Assembly (NCBI GenBank): GCA_965153455.1
Contig: OZ234493.1
Span: forward strand, 12,948,213-13,012,212
Length of the DNA: 64,000 nucleotides
Source: Sphagnum compactum
Taxonomy: Eukaryota
Reading direction: 5' to 3'
Part shown: in pieces, positions 11,831 through 24,604 of the stretch
Layout of the letters: each line of letters begins with the position of its first letter
How positions within the stretch are numbered: the first letter of the stretch is position 1
The notes under the pieces: generated by a model
Told to the model about the DNA's origin: nothing
Databases searched by the model: none
Seen by the model: only the letters and a program-made list of their open reading frames with translations
Translations under genes and position numbers: made by a program

Positions 11831-14800
11831 TTAATTCAATGTAAATAGTCTTCTAATGAATCATTGATTCCATGTCTTTTGTAATGTGTATGTGTGAGGA
11901 AGGTGATTTTATTATTTTATATTTGGATTAAATTGAAGCTAATAATAATGGAAACAACTTTATCAAATTTAGTTTAAAATTTCATTTGAACATGTATTGC
12001 ATTCATATGGTCTTCGTTTGGTTTCACCATACGAATATGAATAGGCAATTGTTTTTTTTATTCTATATTTTTTTTATTAAATAATCATTTGTCATCTCTT
12101 CAATTGAGGCAAAATAACATGGCACATTTGAATCGATGTTTACTATTGAATACAAAAAACCCAATAATGTTGTATTTGAAAATTAAATCCAAATTTTTTA
12201 TTTGATTTACATCAAAGTATGGTCACAAATGAACATCGATATGGGACAAAAATGGCATTATGTGTTACGTTGGGACGTTTGTAAGGAGATTTCACTATAA
12301 TATTTTGGATAGTTAAATATTTACATTTGCAATAAAATATAAAAACACATTATGTTTCCGATGTGGAATGGATTTTCAATCTATCCCCTTACATATAGTT
12401 TATAGTTTTCAACATTTTGAGCCAATTGAATATGTTAATGGTCCATCTCAGTCTTCACCTGTTTCTTGAGCAAGTGATGCCAAAGTTCACATAGATTTAG
12501 ATGATTTTCCATCTTTTTTGAAATTAATGAGGCAAAAGCCTCATATTCAATCTTCACAATCTACGCATTTCTATTATAATGAAAAACTTGACTCTCCATT
12601 AATGGACATTTTGAAAAATAATTGGGATTCACAATAACAATATGTTGTCTCTTTGTTCAACACTTCTTGTGATACAAATGTTACTAAAAAATAAAATCAT
12701 ATTCAATACTTACTCCCCAAAAAAAATACAAATTTTCCTATCAATTATGAAATTTTGTTTAATCCATCCACCTTAATGCTTGAAACCAAAGTTCAAAAAA
12801 TACCTAAAGTTCAAATTGAACATTTCCAAGATCTAATTGTTGATCCTAATATAACACATAAAAAAATTAAAATTAAAATTGATTGGGCACTTTATGACAA
12901 TAATATTTTTGAACTATTTGATGTTTGTCCAAATTTTATTTATTTAAAAAAACATCGAAATTCATTAACATGTTTCCAAATATTAAAAGAATAATATCAC
13001 AATTATGAATCACATGATATATAAATATTGCGTAAATGAAAAAGTTCAATCATCATATAGTGAATGTAATTTAAAAGAAACTAAACAACCAATCTTAAAC
13101 AATAGGTTTCTATGAAACATGATGTTCAATAGATTAAGTAAAACATAATGTTAATATAAAGGAAAATGCAATAAAATCAATATAAATTGACATTTATAAT
13201 AAAAAAATCCAAGATGTTCCCATAATTTCATAATTTTAGTTGTGAAATGTTATGTTTTTAAAAAACAACTTAAATGTTTCTCAAACAAATTATCAAAACA
13301 ATTGTCTACATACTTTCAAATTCAAATAAAACCTAGTTCCACATCATACATATGTACAAGTTGTTTACATTCTATCAATGAAAATAAACTTCTTTTATAT
13401 TAAATACTAAATAGAATTTCCAAAAACAAAATCATTCCATCGGTCCAAAAAATAACACAATTAGAAGAACATCTTATTTCATCACGTCTTGTTTTGGCTC
13501 AAATTTATAAATTGTATGGGTATGGGTAATATAGGATGCATGATAGTGTTATTAATGTCTTTGCAAACATGAATCAAATTCAATTAATACTATCACATCT
13601 ACCACATGATGATGCAACAATAAGTGTGTTTATTAATTGATATTAAATACAATTCACTTTATATGTTAGGAAATGTTTGTCCAAATATGGTGATGATTTT
13701 TTTATGAAATTTAATTGAAACACCATTATATAAAGATTTGAATGTTACCATTCATCATCAATGGGCAAGTTTGTTTACTTTGCATATGGATTAAAAATCC
13801 CAAATCTTGATTTTAATGATGCATCCTTTGATAATTCTAATATGATAATGAAAAAATACATTGTACACCAATAGACTTGATGATACATAACGTTTTGGAA
13901 GCTCTAAAAATAATGGATTATGATAATACTACATATTCTATGCCCCCAAATCAACATTTTCATTTTCGAGGTTTATTTAAAGATAAACATTTAGATGAAC
14001 AAAAAATTTCAACATTGTTCTATGGGCAACCTTGCCAATTTTCAAACAGTTTTTCATATCAACAAATAGCTCAATGGGAATTACTTCATAAATCCAGGGA
14101 TTTTTCAACCAATATTTTTAACCTTTTAAAAAGTTATTAAAGTTTCAATACAGAAAGTCATAAGTTTAGGTTGGGTGCAAATACGAAAAGGAAAATTATG
14201 TGGTAGAACTTTAAAATTTTTTCATATACAAGATACCAAACTTAGATAATATTTTCAAATCATACTTAGGTTATTGTGATTTAGAAAGCTTCTGTAATTC
14301 GACTAATTATTTATGTGAGAATTTATTTGCAATGATGAGGCAACTTGGTCCTCCAACAATTTTGTCACTTTTATATATGTTAAAAGATTAAGGGATCCTC
14401 TCATTAAAACTTTGCACACATACATGCTGTGAGATTGAATTTCCCAAATAAAATAACAGATTTACAATTTTTTCATATAACATAATTGATACAAAGTGAC
14501 CTTGTCACATGTGCAAGATATTACAGTCATAAAACATCTTTTTTCAACAAATTTATAACAAAAGACCATTAAAGTTTTTGGACATATTTTCAATTTTTAT
14601 TTCATCATTGAATTCCAAAATCGTGGGAGTGAACATGACCATGGACTTTTATAGATTCAAAATGCACTTATGTATGGAGTGCACACAAATGAAAAAATTG
14701 AAGAGGTTGTAAACATGTATATTTCTTGTCAAGTATCATTATTACCAAATCCATTGCAAAATGCACAACAACATCAACACACACATACATGTAAGAAAAA

Positions 14801-15850
14801 TAACAATGTTGTTTGTAGATTTCATTATTCATTACCTCCCATGTGTGTAACAAAAATTTTAAACCACTTCAAATAGATGGGAATTGTCCATTTTCACAAC
14901 AATATTTCCATACATAATCAAAAAATATATTTGAATCTTTGAAAGATTTAAAAGAAAATGAAGATATATCATTTTTTTAATTTCTAAATTCTTTGAACCT
15001 TGATGAAAAATTATATATATATATCAAATTTGAGAAGCAAATTAACAAAGCTGCACATTTTTTTACAACAAGCTTCTAAAAACATAAAAATTAATGCATT
15101 TAATACACGTGTTGTTCATTTGTGGTTTGCAAGTTCATAAATATTCAATTTATTTTAAACCCATACGCAGTTGTAACATATTGCACATCATATATGACAA
15201 AAATAGATAAATTGATAACATCATAATTACATTTTATCATTTAAAAATGTATTGCAAATAATATAGATGCAAATACAAGCACTACGCCAAAACATGGAAA
15301 ATATGACTACATAAGCGATGTAGTCTTAAACCACATATATGATTGGCCATGACTACATGACTGCTAGTCCATATGGCCGCATGGTATTTATCATTAATCG
15401 CAAAAAATGATGTATTCATAAATGCCATTTGTGACTATGTCTTCCATGACTGTAAGACGTCTTTAATGGCCAAATTTTAATTTAAAAATATAATTATTAT
15501 TTATCTTGATTAATGTTTTATTGCCACATGGTAGCCTAAAATGAATTCAAAAATATATTAACCATTTATAAATGGACACGTGACAATCTAAAATAATGAA
15601 TTTTTTCCTACCCAATTATATGATGCCACATGGCAATCAACTTTTAATCAAATAATGACACTTGGGACCTAGCCTAGGCCACCTACTAAGTTAGAAACCC
15701 TATGCTAAGTGACCTAGCCTACATGCTAAACTAGGCTAGGTGACCTAACCTAGGTTTTAAAACAATTTAGGTTATGTGTTAACCACCTAACCTTCCTCCT
15801 AAAAAGTTACTCCACTAATACTCCCCTAGGAACCTAGGAAGCATATAGGA

Positions 15851-15922
15851 TGAAAACAAGAGGACTTGAACCCCTCACCTCCATTTTGAGGGGCAAAGTC
15901 TTTTGTCATCACACCACCACAT
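15851..15922 (-). pseudogene. tRNA-like / tRNA-derived segment inside the CACTA element
   Basis: Minus strand reads ...TGGTGTGATGAC-AAAAGACTTTGCCCCTCAAAATGGAGGTGAGG-GGTTCAAGTCC-TC. This has a B-box-like GGTTCAAGTCC and an A-box-like segment at tRNA-type spacing, but no clean cloverleaf. Confidence 0.45.
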
Positions 15923-16099
15923 TTTTTATGCAATAAGTGAATATCACAAAGATATAAAGAATAAATTTTCCTAGCTTAGATTAGCCTATGCCTCCTTAGG
16001 CTAATCTAGATTGACCTAGGCTAACCTAGGCCACCCAATAATCTAGCTTAGGCTTCCATAGGTTGTTTTAAGAAAATTTGGGTCTGCTTAGTTTCAATT

Positions 16100-16900
16100 T
16101 AGGCAACCTAATCTACCTTGGGGCTACTTAAACCAAACTAGGTTATTTAAGTTTAACCTAAGTTCAACTAGGTTATATTAAGCTAAACTTGGTAATATTA
16201 AATTATATTTGGCTAAACTAAATTATACTAAGGTAACTAGACTAAACTTGGCAAAAGTAGGTTATTTAAGTTAAATTTAACTATACTTGGCTATACTTGA
16301 ACATGCTAGGTTAAACTTGGTTATACTAAATTATATTTAGCTAAACTTGGCAAAAGTAGGTTATTAATGTTCAACTCAGTTATAATTGGTTCAACTAGGC
16401 TATAATTGGCTATATTGAACTAAACTTGGCTATATTAATTTATATTTGGATAACTAGGCTATAATAAACTATACTAGGTTAAACTTGGCAAAAATATGTT
16501 ATTTAGGCTATACTTAGCTATACTAAATTATATTTGGTTAAACTAGGTTAAATTTGGCAAAAAGTAGGTTATTTAAGCTAAACTTGGCTAAACTTGGTTA
16601 TACTTAGCTATACTAAATTATTTTTGGTTAAACTAGGTTAAATTTGGTAGAAAGCAGGTTATTTAAGCTAAACTTGGCTAAACTTGGTTATACTAAATTA
16701 TGTTTGGCTAAATTAGGCTAAATTATGTTAAACTTAACAAAAGTAGGTTATTTAAGCTAAACTTGGTTATACTTGGCTATACTAAATTATATTTGGTTAA
16801 ACTAGGATAAATTGTATTAAATTACTTGGCAAAAGTAGGGTATTTATGTTAAATTTGGTTAATTCAAGATATTTAGGCTAAATTATGTTAATTTTTAAAA
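16100..16900. repeat. Decamer-based minisatellite with higher-order units
   Basis: 10-bp units such as CTAAACTTGG, CTATACTTGG and TTAAACTAGG. The landmark CAAAAGTAGGTTATTTAAG recurs roughly every 70-140 bp. Confidence 0.8.
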
Positions 16901-18508
16901 AATTGGTTAAATTTTGTTGAATTGGATTACCTAAAAAAATTAGGGAAAGATTAAGTTATTTGTTAAGTTAAGTTAAACAAATATACATAAATTAAAGTTA
17001 TAAATTAAATTTAATGGAAGTTAATTTTAGAAGATAAATTGAACATGTTAAGCCTAAAGGTTTAAATTCAATCAAATAAAATCTGAAGGTTAATAAAAAT
17101 AGGTTAAACCAAAGCCAAACCTAGGTTAAATGTAAGCCAATTTGTATTAAACTTAATTACATTTTCTTATTTATGTAAATTTTTTATAGTTGGTCAAACA
17201 ATGTCAACTATATTCAACATTATTATTAATTGTGTAGTCATAATTTATAGTCATATAATTACCTATAGTCATATTTATAGTCATGTAGTCTTAATAATGG
17301 TTGTAATCAAAATAATGACAGCAACTGAAATCCAAATATGACCACATGATTATATTTGGACAGTAGTCGCAAATTGTCTTAATCATGAAAACCATGTTTT
17401 GGTGTAGTGAAAAATTCAAAAGTTGGGCGATGTTTTTCTCAATGCTCAACTTGTTATTTATCTTGGGCTTTCTTTACCATTATATCATTCATTTCAAACA
17501 TTTCAATTCATTGATACTTTTCCTTTTAAAAAACACGTTTTTTTTGTTGAAACCACAAGTTACATAAAATGAATTATAACATGATTCCATTGATATAATG
17601 TGTTCATCAATCATAAACAAATATATTAATCGTTCTAATCAATATGAATATTTAACACTAGCAAAAAAAGAATTATAAAAAATAACATTTCAAACATCGC
17701 AAACCCAAAATTATTAGGTTTGTAAATTATAAAAAAATAAAGATATTGAGAATTGGTCGAAAGAAAAAATTGTATTATATTCACCGTTTCAAACTTCAAA
17801 AAATTTGCAACTTGGACCTAATGTAACATGGCAATATTTGCATATTATTACCAATAACATGAGGAAATTTATAAGATTGAATCTATTTTTAACTATCGAA
17901 TGCCATATCCAAATACAAAAAAAATTGAATGATTCAATATATTCAAAATCAAAACCATTACATCCAATTAACATTTGGAATGATGACCTAAATAATGCAA
18001 TAAATGATTCATGTATTGCAATTCCTATTACAAACACAATTAACATTGAACATTATGATTTACAATATGACTTTGTGATTCAATCACGTAATGTATCAAA
18101 CCAAATATTGCAAACTTTAAAAGATTAAAATTTCACAAAATCTTCATTTTCTTTGATGATGGGAAAATTTGAATATCATAATTTTTTTAGACAATTAAAT
18201 GAACAACAAAGATTTATTATTTGATGACATTATACATAAAAAATAATTATACCTTGATATACAAATTGTTTATTTTTTATAGGGGGTATTGGAATTGATA
18301 TAATTTTTATATTAAAATTTATAATTAAAGAATATTATGATTATATAATAAAAACATATTTTCTGACTTAACAAAAACCAAGCCTTTACTTATGGCATCA
18401 ATAGGTAAAATTTCTTTCAATATGAATGGTTTAACAATACATTCAAGATTGAACATACCTATCCAACAATCTTTATAACAAAATCATTAAATAAGCTTAC
18501 ATGGTGAT

Positions 18509-19281
18509 GGGTCAAAACCTATAACTAGGAGCCAAAATGATTACTTTGGAAAAGAATTGCGAGTTCTTTTCCCCTAAAAAACTTTTACATGCAAATGAAT
18601 TTTTGAATGAATGTTTTTGTAACTTGTTTTTCAAAATATTAAAAAATTTCTCAATGCATCACATTATTTTTGTTAGTCATTATTGAAGAAATATGAAAAT
18701 TTAAAAGTATGCAAATTCCTTACAAATTTAGTGTTTCATTTTGAAAAATGATCAAAATTATAAGTCAAAATTATAAGTCATCACCAAAAAAAAATAGTTT
18801 TATTATACTCTAAGCTATAACTTTTCTTAATACATCATGTACATTATAACCCATTTATACGTGGTAAAAGATTCTTGAAGCACTGAAATTTTGAAACATT
18901 CTTTGAATTTTTAAAGTTTCAGAATTCCACATAAAAAAAATTATGAGTGTTTTTTGAGTTTGGTTAATACGTTTTTACCATCTATATTTTTTTCAATGAA
19001 AATTATTTTATTATATGAGTCCTTTTGATAGTCCTTTGCAAAATTGACTCCATATAATGTAATAGGTGTATGTTTTCAAATGTCATAAATTAAAACCAAA
19101 ACTTAAAATTGGATCAAATGAATTTTTACTCTAAATTTCTTGACATTCATATGAGGGAAAAATGATTAATTTATTATGATTACTATGGTTTCAAATGGTA
19201 ATAATAAATAAATTATTGATTTTGTCTAATGATGTTTAACATCCAATGCCCTTTTTGGCTCCTTGTTAGATGTTTTGACCC
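18509..19281. mobile_element. 773-bp non-autonomous TIR element with GGG...CCC ends and 4-bp TSD (Sola-like)
   Basis: Left TIR GGGTCAAAACCTATAACTAGGAGCCAAAA vs reverse complement of right TIR GGGTCAAAACATCTAACAAGGAGCCAAAA (26/29). TGAT flanks both sides (18505-08, 19282-85). Removal rejoins helicase KLTW*YEQLQLIVIDE. Confidence 0.85.
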
Positions 19282-22200
19282 TGATATGAACAACTACAAC
19301 TTATTGTGATAGATGAAATATCATTTGTTGGTGTTAGAATGTTGAATGTTATAAATAATAGGTTAAGGTCCATAAAACATATTCAAAATAAATTCTTCAA
19401 TGGTGTGGATGTTATCATGATAGGTGATTTTTATTAAACACCCCTTATGAAAGATAGTTGGATCTTTCAAAATATCAAAAATAATGTTAATGCATTAGCA
19501 CCAACTTTTTGGCAAACATATGTCCAATGTTATGAGTTAAATAAAGTTATGCGACAATTTGATATGGTTTTCATATATTTTTTGAACAAACTTTGCACTG
19601 CAACAAAAAAAGAAAAAGATATTCAATTTATAAATTCAATTTGTAATCGACAATCACCCAACAATTTTACTATTCCATATTTATTTTATACAAATAAACT
19701 TGTGCAAAAACACAATGAACATGTGTTCATTAGTACATTATGTCCCACATTTATTTTCGAAACAATGAAAATTAATCATCAATCATGCCCACCATCCTAC
19801 AAACTTTCAAATGATTTAAATAAACTACAGGTTTGCATTTTACAATTTAAATAAAAAAATATGTCGGTTGAATTATGTGCTAATAACTATGTAATGTATG
19901 ATGGTTTTATGAATGGAGTTAATGGTATTTTTAAAGCATCAACAACACATTGTGACAAAACCTGATCATATAAATAATGTTTTAAAATTTTAAAATTGGA
20001 ACATTGACAAAAAAAAATTCATTATTACAACGACAACATTGAATCAAAATCAACACCAATTGAACTTATTATCAAAGTTATAAGAGTTGATAAATCTCAA
20101 TCATTTATCATAATAAGGATTCAATTTTCAATTTAACTTGTAGCAAAAGGAACCATCCATCGTTCTCAAATATTATCATTAGATGAATTGACTTTTGATC
20201 CTACTAATGTTAAAAAACATGGGTTAACATATACATCATTATCCTATATCCGATTATTATTATTATTATTATTTTTGGTTAACTCCTTTCCAACATGAAA
20301 ATTTCTATGTGGATCCAAGAGTGCATATAAAAATGAATAGATCAAAAACAATAGTGACTTGGATACCATTAATTCTACAATTAAGAAACTTCCATAATGT
20401 TCATGTAATTATACAAGCCTTGAATATAACTTCTTTACGCTAACATTATGAAAACATCAACAATGATCATAACCTTCAAATGTCTCATATTTTATGTCTT
20501 ATAGAAACAAAAATACACCATGCATCAATAGATGTGCACAAATTTATAAATTCATCAAAATATTCATATGTTTCAATCCATGATGATCATGGGTTAATGA
20601 TGATGTATGACGTACACATGCATTTATAAATTTTAATACAATAACTAATGATGATTCAAAATATATAGTAGCAACTTTTAATATTAATACACGAAAAAAA
20701 TACATATTGTATGCATGTATAAAGTTTATTCAGGATTAGTTTCTACATTCCTAAACAAGCTTCAAATTATAATTCAACATCCTCCCAAACATTGTCCAAT
20801 CATCATAATGGGAGATTTTAATGTCAACATTCTAAAAGAAAATAACCATGGAAAAAAAAACAAGAATTATTAGATTTCATGGATAAGTTTAAATTCAAAT
20901 CACAATTTAGCGAAAACACCACAAAAGTTAGATATCAACTAAACCAAATATGGGCAAAGATCCTTGGAAATGAATGTAAATATGGTGTAATAGAAGCATA
21001 TTGGCCAAATTTTCACAAACTAATTTATATTGCATTCAAATTACCAAACACACTTCCTATGTATAACAAAAAATCATTATCACTTGCATTTTTTAAAAGT
21101 GCAGTGTATGAATGTTGCATTTTCCATCTAATTAATTACACCCAAAATGGTGGCACCTTGTGGCCTAAATTTATATATTTTTATTAGTTTTCATAGACCA
21201 TGTGCAAACAAAAATTCATAATTATCAACCATAAGATGAAAAAAAATTTGAATGTTTTTTTATTCACATGTACACCCATCAAACGCAACAACAAAACACC
21301 TTTCATGGAAATCCTAGAGCCAAAATATGACAACAAAAATCTAAAAGTGAAATGAAACTAAAAACTAAGTGGATAAAATTTTCAATTATTTTCATCTAAA
21401 TTATATCCATTCATTACTAATGTTTGAAATCATGGTAAAATGTACAATTAAAAGTACTCGCCAATATACTTGTTAAGTGAACAAAAAGTAGGACCAAAAC
21501 CCATCCCAAAATTGTTATATAATCAATATTTTTAGTTGAATGATAAATAACAAGATACTTCTTCATTAATTTTTAAATTTTGCATTGTAAAAGTAGGTTT
21601 CAAGTAGACTTTTCTGAATTCAAATAACTTTTAAAACCTACTTTTTGCAGCGTAAAATTTGATTCAAGTATTTGTCAAGTATATTTTACCAAAAAGAAAG
21701 TAGATTTGTTTTTTAGTGAGGCCCTTGAATATACAATGATCTTAATGCTATAATTTCATTAAATTTTCTGCTAAAAAAATAGGTTTGAACACCATATTGA
21801 TCAGCCAATTTCAAACCTACTTATTCCTACTTTTATTATTCCAAAGTTTTTGAAAATTTGTAGTTGATTTACAGTAAACCCAATCGAAGGCTCAATAGTT
21901 TCAAATTGAAATTTAAGTAAAATTTGAATTTACTTTCTTACGTTTTCATGAAAAACTACCTCTTTTTTAACTTGATTGTTTTTGGGCAACTTTTTCTATA
22001 TATTTTACCATGCTTTCACCCTTATGCACATTATGAGAAATTGTTTACACTTTTTGGGGGGAGAATTTGGATTGAATTTTGACACAATATTGTTATTTAC
22101 AACTTTCTATTCATTTGTATGGTTAAAGGAAAAGCAATGGAACCATGGTTGGAATTTTCAAGTACATGCACAATGAATTTTAAGAGGGCTAAATTTTATA

Positions 22201-22779
22201 TTATTATAATACATATGTAAAAAAAGATTTTCAAAATCCTTCATAAAGCCAACAAATTTTTATCCCATGAGTTCATATATAATTTTAAATGTAACATATT
22301 ATTTTAGGACAAAGCCTCTTGTGACGAAACTACTTGTTTCCACCCATTTGGTTGCATAATTTGTTGTCATCAATATATATCAATTGTCAATGTATTGATC
22401 CCTATGGGAATAGGATCCTTGGGCCTTGAGTGAACAAGCACCCATGTTAGTACCATGGTAAAAATTTCAAAATCCATTTAAATTACCTCAAAATACTACA
22501 ATCTTCAAATCTTCATAACTATTGGAAAACACCTTTTATTTTTGAATACGAGATTATCATCGTATAACTAACATTAATATCTTTCCATTGATTCTAGGAT
22601 CAATTCATTTAGACAAGGCTTGAGGGATCAATGGTCCAAAGAAACATGGGAAACATTATTATCCCAATTGTATATTGTATGAGTGCCAATGGGAACTACA
22701 TTGAAATGGCAAATACTTTGAACTCTCAAAATTGGCACTTTGTTATCCATAACTTCATAACTCTTCAAACCTTGACCAA

Positions 22780-23316
22780 ATAGAACATGCAAGTCTAATT
22801 CCCTATTGACCCACATCAAGAGGTTTTAAATGTCATGTTATGCTCTTCAAGTGAATGTCATCCACACCTTTAAATCGAACTTTGAGTACAGAGGACATGT
22901 TAATAAAATACTTTTGTCTCAAACTTTCAAATGATTACAATAGTTGAAAAGCAACTTTGTAAATTGCAAATGCAAGGACACTTTCTTATAGCTTTCTTTG
23001 AATTCTTTTCAATGAGCCAAATATCATTGGATTTGAAAAGGGTTTAATCTTTCAAATCTCATTATAAACATTGAAAATGTCAAAGGGAGATCCAATTCCC
23101 AAAGTGGGGATTCAATTTGAGAGTCGTGGAAGTGCTTGAATTCATTTTCAATTACTTCCACTTTGTTTGTGTGAGTGTCACACGATCCTTAGCTTTTGCC
23201 ATGTTTTGGACTTGCATTCAACACGAGATCCTTGTTAAGTCTTCAACTTGCCTTTGATTCAAGATTTCTGAGTCACTCATGGGATCCAATCATGCTCCGA
23301 AGTCGAGATCGTGACA
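22780..23316. mobile_element. Probable LTR-retrotransposon LTR remnant
   Basis: Degenerate non-coding repeat-like block ending ...GAGATCGTGACA, a CA terminus. No matching 5' TG end or TSD was found. Confidence 0.25.
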
Positions 23317-24604
23317 TGAAACTCACTATCATGGCAACAATAATTGAAAAATTTGCCACTCGAATATGAGTATAATTTTTTTTTTATCAAAGAGCCTTGA
23401 CTACATAAAGTTTATTGGAAAGCACTAGCAATAGGGCATTACACTTGTTGACCTTGAGGCTTTGGGTTAAGTATCTTGCTAGCAAGGCTTTTCCCATGCA
23501 TAAAAATTTTACGACAATCATTCCTGCTAGTACGGTGGGCATTATGTTTTTTTAATGCCTGATATTGCATTTTGCACACCTAAATGCATGTCGGCCAGCT
23601 TTTTATGGTTGGGGGATGATGGGCCAACTTTAACCTCTAAATCTTATCATAATTTCATGAAGCCGTTTTATTTTTTTCATCTCCGCTTTGTCCACAAAAA
23701 ACTATCATTTGCTCTCACCACTTTGATCTTGAAACAAGAACCAAAAAATCATCATTCACAAATCTTAAACCTAAATGTGATCAATATCTAAACATGAAGG
23801 GGAAAACACGCATGACGTTTTTGGACATATGTGCACCCAAAGGTTATTATCGTTGTCCTAAATCATTTGAAGCATTGCATTTGTCCTAAAACACCCATAT
23901 GTTTTGTTGCCCTTGGTGTCCACTATGCTACGGAGGGGTTGAATATATGTTCTTATCCAAAAGTGATCCCAAGAGTGAGAGGCTATTATGTGTTTGCATG
24001 ATGTAAAACTACATGTGTTGTGCATATAGATTGCTATGCGCCTCCAAATCCTTGAGGTGTTTGAATTTCATATATTGTACATTATATCTATGAACATCGT
24101 TCCTAGTGAAGAGGAAGGATCTTTTATGCCTTAAAAGCAGGAAGGACGTACAGGCATAGATTGTATACAGTAGGTGTAAAGTCCTCCCACTCCTACTATC
24201 TTGAAATCTCTGTATGTTTAGAACTTCCGAAGGTTAGAACTGGATAAGGTGCCCTCCTGATAAACTAGAAACTTTCTGCCAGTTCCTTGTGATTCTGTAT
24301 ACAACGACCAATGCAGTTCTCATGTCAGTCACCATTTCAGTTTTCACTGGCACTACTAGTTGCTGATGTGCAAACTTTAAAAACATATGCATAATATCTT
24401 GGAAACATGTATAATAATCTGGGATTCAATCCTTTACCTGTCAGTTAAGAGGGAAAAATCCTGATCTTTCTTCTTCACCAAAGACCACATTATGTACAAT
24501 TTGGGATGACTCCGTCAAGCCATATTGGCATCACTGAGAAGAGGTGCACAAACCTCCTGCATACTAGTAGTGTCTTTGCAGCTTCACATCAGCTCTAAAC
24601 TTTG

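Larger units (their letters stand above)
15280..17409. mobile_element. Non-autonomous CACTA (EnSpm) element inserted in the Rep region
   Basis: TIRs CACTACGCCAAAACATGG and CCATGTTTTGGTGTAGTG match 17/18. TSD is AAG (15277-79) / AAA (17410-12). Subterminal ATGACTAC/GTAGTCAT repeats. Removing the element restores ...D-A-N-T-R-I-Q-K-L-G in the host ORF. Confidence 0.9.
12000..21070 (+). mobile_element. Decayed Helentron/HLE2-type transposase polyprotein: OTU - Zn/DUF6570 - HUH-Y2 Rep - PIF1 helicase - AP-like (EEP) endonuclease
   Basis: OTU: GNCFFYSI (12044), L*GDFT (~12280), HFEPI (12413). DUF6570: LEEHLISSRLVLAQIYKL...G*YRMHDSVINV (13461-13560). Rep: LFAMMRQLGPPT, IEFQNRGSEHDHGLL (14607-14650), QHQHTHTCKK...CRF, NIQFILNPYAVVTYCTSYMTK (15139-15200). 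Helicase: degenerate Walker A (~18275), LLMASIGK...GLTIHS, LIVIDEISFVG (19300), VIMIGDFY, YELNKVMRQ, TIHRSQ, HGLTYTSLS. Endonuclease: ALNITSL...ILCLIETK (20416-20511), IIIMGDFNVNIL (20799-20835). Numerous stops and frameshifts, plus two nested insertions. Confidence 0.85.
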
